Shown here piece by piece: positions 57,301-64,000 of a stretch of 64,000 nucleotides of DNA. Origin of the DNA: Amoebophrya sp. A120 (taxonomy: Eukaryota; Protista; Dinoflagellata); the NCBI GenBank assembly GCA_905178155.1, contig CAJINV010000010.1:1695182-1759181 (forward strand), read 5' to 3'. How positions within the stretch are numbered: the first letter of the stretch is position 1; the number at the start of each line of letters is the position of its first letter. A program made the position numbers and the translations under genes. The notes under the pieces were generated by a model. It saw only the letters and a list, made by a program, of their open reading frames with translations, was not told the DNA's origin and did not search any database.

Positions 57301-60300
57301 AAATACTTTTGCAATGCATAGCCTCCGCCGTCCATTTGTCAATCAACACTCCCGCGTTGTTGATCAGGAAGAAATCCGCAGAGCCGAGAATGTTGTTTGT
57401 CAGGAAGTGCTATGAACTGCAAAAGTATCGTACTCGTATAAATGGAAGTCTTGCATCACAAATCTTGTTCCCAAGGCAAATCAGCATTACAAATTTCATT
57501 TCTCATGCTGAGGAAACTTCTGATGCATTTATACGAGTACGATACTTTTGCACAGCATAAGTGCTCTTCCGCGGTCATTTCCTGTTTATTCCGCCCGAAG
57601 CTTACGCCTTGCAAATAATCTACTTCCCCATTCCGTGCCAAACTGGCTTGCCTTTCCTCCCGCTCCCGCGCTTCTTTGTACTCCCGTACCATCAGGGAAG
57701 CCGCTCGTTTCGGCGGTTTCAGCGGAATGCCGGCGTCTATCAATAGGTTTTCGCGCCGGATTTGCTCCGCGGCGGAGATTTTGTTTGCTTTGCTGCTTGT
57801 CGTTGTTCCAAAATTGATCACGGCTTTTGCGCCCCTTCCCGGGTTCAGTTTGTTCAGGCTCTTGTTGTTTACAGAAGACGAAGTGGATTTCGATTTGTCT
57901 TGCTGTTTGCAGCTCAAGAACGAAGTGCTCGTTCCTGTTTCCTCCCTGTTACTGTTTTGTTCCCCTTTCATCGGCTTGTTCCTTTCATCGTCCCGCACGA
58001 TGCCCAAGACGGTATCCCGCGCAAAGCGGTACTTCTCGAGCTGCATTTTGTCAAACGCCAAGGCATATGCTGTGCAAAAGTATCGTACTCGTAGTAATCG
58101 CAGTTATGCATTTACAAATCTCCAACATCCCAAGGCAAAACAGCATGACAAATTCCATTTGTCGCGCTGAGCTAATTTGTATTGCAATTACTACTAAGTA
58201 GTACGATACTTTTGCAGTTCATAAGGCCATCTCGTAAATATCCTCCGTCTGTAGCAAATGCCGCAAGAACGGCGTGCTGTATGCAAAGAAAAAAGTAGTG
58301 TTACAGTTACACATTGTGTTGCAGGAGCCGCAAGAGAGACAACTTTTGTCGTGCAGGAAATGCTTGCGAGCCTCGTTTCCTACGTATTTTCCCTTTATGA
58401 TCTTTGCATTACAAGTTCTGTCTGCCACACACAGAAAATTTGTGATGCAGAAACTCCAAGCAAATGTGTAACTGTAACACTTTTTTCTGGTGATATGCTG
58501 TCGACCGACCTCAACAGTGGTCCCTTGATCTGCGCACTCCGCGAGGACCGGTTAGCAGGACTTCTTTCCACACGAAATCCGCCCGGCTCCCACTGGCGGT
58601 CGATAAAGTCCGCCTCGTCTTCGCTGTCAAAGCATTCCATGTCCATATCGTAATCTTCCTTCATCTATGAAGTGTAAAAGTGTCTGGGTCTGGAAGATTC
58701 TGAATTTTGTCATGCATGTTTTGCATGACGCAGGATGTCTGTAGTGCACGACCGCGCATCACAGATTTTGAGAGGGCTTCCTGATGCCTATTCCGCATGA
58801 CAAACGCCCTCCCCGCGTAGCACAAACTAGACTCCTCTTGCTGGTCATGCAATACAGATTTTTCTAGACTCCAAAGTTAGCATCACAAGTTCCGATCTTC
58901 CACACCCAGACATTTTTGCATTTGATATCATCCGCTGCTTCAAATCGTTGTAATCCTTGTGCTATCCTGTGCAAAAGTATCGCGCTCGTAGTAATCGCAG
59001 TCATGCATTACAAGTTTCTTTCTCAAGTTAAATCCGCATTACAGATTATTATTTCTCATGCTGAGGAAATTTATCGTGCGATTTATACCAGTACGATGCT
59101 TTTGCATTTGATATGTACAAGCGGTGCTTTTTGTAGTCCCAGCGATTCCGGTCCACTTCAAAGGTCAGTCGCTCCAGGTTAAAGAACTGCTTCCCGAGGA
59201 ACGTGACGAAATCGCTTCGCTTATCCTGAGCAAAAACGTCCCCGCCCCAGCGTTGTCATGCAAAGAGGGATGCCAAAAAAGTTTCTCATGCGGAGCCCCA
59301 TGAGAGCCATTCTCTAGTCGCGTTTTGGGATTTGTGATGCTAGAATCAGCGCGATGTACTAGATCTGTGATGCTTCGCAACTAGCTAAAGAGGATTACAC
59401 TACGAGGACAGGCTTGTCATGCGAGATGACCAAAGCTGTCTGATTTGTCTAGCAGATTTCCCATCTTGACTCCGGTGTGGGGACGTTTTTACTCAGGATA
59501 TCGCTGCTTTGCGTCGGTGATGTCCAACACGAACCGCATAAACCGGTGAGATTGGAGGTCCTCGGGGGTCAGGGACTCGGCTTTCAGGAGCTTTTTTTCG
59601 CAGTGTATCCACAGTAAATTTCCCGTACACATTCATCCAGGCACTGTTTCATCTGCATGGCAAAACGTGCATTCAATCTTACTCGGCATGTTGACAGGTG
59701 TGACACTACAAGGTAGCGAAGATTGTCATGCATTTCGTACGTCGTGTGTCTGTGTGCGTGCGGGAAATTTGTATTGCGTACAGTGCACCCCGTCTTCCTC
59801 GGTGAGGGTTGTGACGATGATGCGGTCAAAAATGGGCACGTTAGAAAGCTTCACCGGCTTGTCCTTCCCGCAGTCTTCCCCGCAGCAGGGGCAGGGAGGT
59901 TTGGTTTTCTTGTTCTTACCCGTTGGGGAGGCTCCTGCGGAGGGGGATTTTGCGGACATGTCTTCTTCCGAAGATTCGGAGGAGGAGAGCATGCTCGGAC
60001 TGGAAGGTGGACCACTAGGAGAGGAGCTTCTCTGGGATGAAGGGGATTTGTCTAGCGACAATTGAGATTTTCGTTTGCGCGCCGCCTTGCTAGAACCCAG
60101 TCGTGCCGGGGTCGGAGGTTCGTTTGCGGCTTTTTTCGCTTTCTTCTCGCCCTGCTGAACCTTATCATTCATCCCGTCGGAGGACGCAGCGGAAAGTCGA
60201 CTCACAGTTGTGATCCGCTCGTTGTCAGACACAGACTCGGGGGCCTTCTCATTCATCTTCCTTTTCTTTGTAGAAGCTGCCCCAGCGGCTCCGCCGATGG

Positions 60301-60971
60301 AACGAGTGCTAGAAGTAGCCACACCAGCTGCTTGCAGTTGCGGGCCTTTATTCATCTTCGCCAACTTCGATAGTTCCTTGGCTCCGTGGCCCTTCTTCTT
60401 CAAGGCGTGACTTCCTTGTACCAGAAGGTCGTCGTCCTCGTCATTCGCGTTTACCTATCCACAGAAAAAAAAACCATCCCCATTCATTCTTTGCAAGACG
60501 AATCATGCAGGCTCTATTTCAACATACGTATTTTTTTGCATGACAAATTGGACGAGGGAAATGGTTTTTTTTTCCGTGGGATATGACCATATCGGCATCC
60601 AGCAGCTCAACATCCAACATATCCACGTCTTCCTCTTCAATCGCGCTCAAGTGTTCATCTTCAAAAACGAGCTGCTCTTCCCCCGCTGCAGACGAAAAAG
60701 CTGCTTCTATTTCAACATCCCCGCCTCTCCTTGGCACCACCTGCTTCACTTTTTGCTCCAGCTCATCCTCGGTATACCGTGCTTCCAACAGGTAGGAAAC
60801 CAGCTCAAAGCCGATTCCCCGGGTTCCGCTCGTGACGATTGCGACTTTTGGGTGATATTTCGTAACCGGGGCATCGTAGGTGGAAGCGGGGGGAGGTGGA
60901 GGGAACGTTGCGGCTGGTGTAGCCGCTGCTGCGTTCGGCTGCGAAGCAGCCACTGCCATCTTCTTTACCAT
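51328..60971 (-). CDS. Carbonyl-reductase-like short-chain dehydrogenase/reductase (SDR) inflated by low-complexity inserts (~1,880 aa, ~20 introns)
   Basis: Ordered SDR motifs VAIVTSGTRGIG, RFVLDITD, LINNAGV, LVNCVG, VVCVSGG, AYKLS, AVCPGWCRT, SPQEGAES. Span minus introns is 5646 nt, divisible by 3. One junction (54754-54656) is tentative. Confidence 0.75.
52447..52768. mobile_element. Introner, family H
   Basis: DR TGGCG/TGGCG. Confidence 0.9.
52820..52971. mobile_element. Introner, family A
   Basis: DR TCAAA/TCAAA. Confidence 0.9.
53094..53255. mobile_element. Introner, family A
   Basis: DR GAAAG/GAAAC. Confidence 0.88.
53438..53760. mobile_element. Introner, family H
   Basis: DR CGCGC/CGCGC. 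Confidence 0.9.
53936..54091. mobile_element. Introner, family A
   Basis: DR TCTCG/TCTCG. Confidence 0.9.
54874..55082. mobile_element. Introner, family F
   Basis: DR GAGAT/GAGAT. Confidence 0.9.
55141..55285. mobile_element. Introner, family A
   Basis: DR TGTGG/TGCGG. Confidence 0.88.
56157..56421. mobile_element. Introner, family D
   Basis: DR GCAGG/GCAGG. Confidence 0.9.
56481..56625. mobile_element. Introner, family A
   Basis: DR TTTCA/GTTCA. Confidence 0.88.
56823..57058. mobile_element. Introner, family E
   Basis: DR TGTGT/TGTGC. Confidence 0.88.
57150..57320. mobile_element. Introner, family A
   Basis: DR GCCTC/GCCTC. Confidence 0.9.
57411..57559. mobile_element. Introner, family A
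   Basis: DR AGTGC/AGTGC. Confidence 0.9.
58066..58223. mobile_element. Introner, family A
   Basis: DR AGGCA/AGGCC. Confidence 0.88.
58280..58495. mobile_element. Introner, family F (inverted vs 54874)
   Basis: DR TGCTG/TGCTG. Confidence 0.9.
58666..58927. mobile_element. Introner, family D
   Basis: DR TCATC/TCATC. Confidence 0.9.
58963..59113. mobile_element. Introner, family A
   Basis: DR TGTGC/TGTAC. Confidence 0.88.
59222..59500. mobile_element. Introner, family B
   Basis: DR TCGCT/TCGCT. Confidence 0.9.
59606..59780. mobile_element. Introner, family G (inverted)
   Basis: DR CAGTG/CAGTG. Confidence 0.9.
60456..60583. mobile_element. Introner, short family J (128 bp)
   Basis: [23 protein letters not shown]; DR TTACC/TGACC. 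Confidence 0.85.
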
Positions 60972-62663
60972 GACAATGTCGTGCTAAGACAGTTTAGTGG
61001 AGAACATTGTTTGCATGAGAGCAGTGAGCAGGCCTAAAGAATAAAGAAGTATCTACTTCAAGGACACAAAGATTGATGAAAGCGAGTACATAGGGTTAGA
61101 AGCTCGTTGTAGAAGTCGCCGGGCGTAGAAAGTCATACTGTAATTTGTGGTTGTTGTGGACTTATGCTACAGAATAGCGGGGTAGATGAAATTTGTACTG
61201 CTATTGTAGACGTAGACACTGCGTGAGGGTTGACTTACACTCTGTATGAGAGCAAGAAATGCGCAACGAATTATTTGCACATAACCGCTTGGTTTCCTAA
61301 AAAATCGATAATGGTCAAAACACATTCCTACACTCGGTAAAGCTAGATGGAGTAGTTGAGCCTCTTGTTACCAGCGGCTTCCAGCACTCATACTGCTAAA
61401 CTGTTCTTTACAAACACTTTCATAATCATATCGCAAACCGACACCAGAAACAACTTGTTTGAGGTTGATCATCTGACGTCAGATGACACACATTTTCACA
61501 GGTATCACCTCCTTCAAGACTGACGTTCTGTTCTGACTTCATGTTTTGGCAAAAGCGACATCTTCAAGTTCTTGAGCTTGACCGACGTTGAAAATTAACA
61601 GACTTCCCTCGTGTATGGCTGGAATGCACGTGAGAACGAGACCCGCTTGCGGTTATGTAGCCAAGCGGATTATATGTAGTAACCCACGAACAAACATTCC
61701 CCTATAATCCTCAAGGGATCTCGTCGTCCTTGCACTGATCTCCACAGTACGCTACCGCGTCGGAGAGGAAGCTAATTGTTCTTTTTGTCAATTTTTCTCA
61801 ATATCAAACCTAATTTTCAACAGACGACTGCCGTTTCATCTTACTTCCAATTTCAATCTACCGGTTTTATTGTTCGCGGTTCCAATCTTTCTTCTGTATT
61901 CTTTGAAGTCTAGTCACCGACGGTATTCGATCCCTGTATCGTCCTCTTCCTCGACCGCCTCAACAAGAATCACAACCATATCCCTACTTCTCCACCCGGT
62001 CGTCGTGGCTGTAAAATTGAAATCCTGTAGTTTCATCCTTTGGCAGTGTTCTAAAAGCTATTGAGATATTTATTTCCCTTTACGTTGTACAACATTTTTT
62101 TTGTCAAAAGCAAATAAAGGTGTATAGATCATGCCGAACCGCCTCCCGAGGAGCAAGTCTGACAGAGACAGACGCAGACCTTTTCCCGGCATTAATTTCT
62201 CCTCAACAGAAAAATCAACATTCGCGACGTGCATTTTTTGTACAAGAAGAAGATTGTATTTTCAGGTAGAGATGATACCGATGAAAATGAGAGATAATCA
62301 TCAAAATTTTTTCTTTCAATTCACGCAAATTGAAATTGCTTCTGAGAGAACCACTCTGAGTAGCTTGTCGTTGTCCCAGGGGTTCTCGGCCTGTAGCTGT
62401 AGTGTTAGCAGTGTAGTAGACAGGCGGTACATATTCGACCTGACAGCACGAAACTGCAGGAGTTATCTTCATCCGCACGACGTTCACGTTGTTACGTACG
62501 CAAAAGAGATGTTGAATAGCGACATTGTTCTACTCGAGTAGAAGCTGCAAGGAATCGTTCCTGATGTAATCCTGTGTAGATGTTGGTCCAAACGGATTGA
62601 CTTCCTCAACTCCGCTCCGCACCAAACATGGTCCTACATTTCTACTTTGTTCCTGACCTCCTT

Positions 62664-64000
62664 TTAGAAATGAAGCTCCGGTCCTCGCCAGCGCCGGGCC
62701 ACGGGTTGCAAGTGCTGCCGAATTTGTTTTTGGACCAGGGAGGAGGAGGAAGTTTTTGCTGCATCATCTCCTGTGCCGGTTGCTGTAGTTTTTGCTGGGT
62801 CGATGTAGTAGATTTTCCGCAAATACTGCATCGTTTTCGGCACGTCATTATCCTGTGCAAAAGTATCGCACTCGTAGTAATCGCAGTCATGCATTACAAG
62901 TCTCCATCCCAACCCCAAGGCAAAACAGCATGACAAATTCCATTTTTCGCCATGCTGAGCTAATTTGTATAATTGCAATTACCAGCAGTGCGATGCTTTT
63001 GCATTGCATAGTCATAGACCTCCTCCAACTTTTTCGCTTTCGACGCCACCAAAGCCGGCGCAGCAGTCGTCGATTCCTCCAGAAGCTCCTCGTCTGCCTT
63101 GCCGTCTCCGCCACCGCATCCTCCTGGACAGATCTTGCTCAACAGAGACTGGCTGCTCTTGGTCGCCTGCGACAGTTGCATGTTTTCATTCTGCACGTCC
63201 TGGCAAGAGACCTCGTGGGCGGGCTTGTCATCTTTGTCTTTTCCTCCAAACAAGTCCTCGCGAAAATCTTCTTCCCGGTCGACGAGTATGCATTGCAAAT
63301 GTGTAGTCTTGGTCTGGAAACTTGTGATGCTAAAGTATGGACGAGCCTGGTGCTTTCAAGCGTTGTTGAAAAGCATGACAAGTTCAGATGACACGATCCT
63401 CACCCTCTGATTCGTAGCACGCATGACAAACTACGTTTGTGTTACATGACAAAAAAGTGTCGCGGCCACTGCTGGCTATGCAATACAAAGTTTTCAGGAA
63501 AAATCCAAATGCAACCCATGCAACACAAGTTTCATCACTTCTCCAGACCCAGCAGATATATTTGCACTGGATAGCGAAGCTCTCTTTGCGGCTTTCCGTT
63601 GCGGCGGGACAGACATCCTGTGCAAAACTATCGCACTCGTAGGGTAGTTGTAATCGCAGTCATGCATTACACATCTTTTTCTTTATGGTAAATGTAAATC
63701 CGCATTACAGATTTTATTTTTGATGCTGAGAAAATTTGTAATGCATTTATACGAGTACGATACTTTTGCAATTCATAACAGACCCCGGGTTTCCAGCAGT
63801 CGGGGCAGATCTGGCAGGTGGGCCAACGCCGATCGTTGACCGAGATCTTCTTGTCTTTGTGGTTCTTCCATCCACAGAAAATATCATTTTCCCGCACACG
63901 TATATCAAATGTGGCTTCCGCATGAGAAACTTTCCCATTCCCTTCCGATCTCTGCAGTGTGACATGTTGTAAAAACTTCTTCTAAAATGTTTTTGGTGAA
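62664..64000 (-). CDS. Hypothetical protein, 3' part (5' end outside window), with CxxCxxC motif
   Basis: Coding pieces separated by three introners (PTCQICPDCWKP...). The C-terminus is uncertain. Confidence 0.45.
62849..63010. mobile_element. Introner, family A
   Basis: DR GTCAT/GTCAT. Confidence 0.9.
63287..63573. mobile_element. Introner, diverged family D
   Basis: DR ACGAG/GCGAA. Confidence 0.8.
63614..63777. mobile_element. Introner, family A; left end CA
   Basis: DR ACAGA/ACAGA. Confidence 0.85.

Noticed and set aside
61650-61690. tRNA-like start GGTTATGTAGCCAAGCGG
   Set aside because: No D-stem partner, anticodon arm or TTCGA T-loop follows.
1-64000. Dinoflagellate spliced-leader relics or an autonomous transposase
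   Set aside because: No CCGTAGCCATTTTGGCTCAAG match and no DDE, tyrosine-recombinase or Rep ORF seen by eye.

Overview
Eukaryotic genomic DNA, most likely from a parasitic dinoflagellate of the Amoebophrya (Syndiniales) type. This is inferred from architecture, not from a database hit. All ~11 protein genes lie on the minus strand. Their reading frames are broken by about 60 short (127-325 bp) TA...TA-terminated inverted-repeat elements, most flanked by an exact or 4/5 5-bp direct repeat (DR). Removing the element plus 5 nt restores the frame at the junctions I translated, so they behave as introner-type non-canonical introns. At least 9 sequence families are present, in both orientations, and they share an internal GCAT(N)ACAAA box that also occurs in ordinary GT-AG introns. 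Splicing these out by hand reveals: a dual-specificity phosphatase; an ~11.6-kb DEAH/RHA helicase; a large coiled-coil protein; BCD1 with a prion-like tail; two duplicated secreted Cys-rich proteins; two tandem NYN nucleases (one decaying); an ankyrin protein; and a carbonyl-reductase-type SDR inflated to ~1,880 aa. The most unusual object is a 2,012-bp introner (24410-26421). It carries a nested ~1.8-kb GC-rich cargo with a G-rich 11-mer array and a tandem array of 45-nt hairpins.
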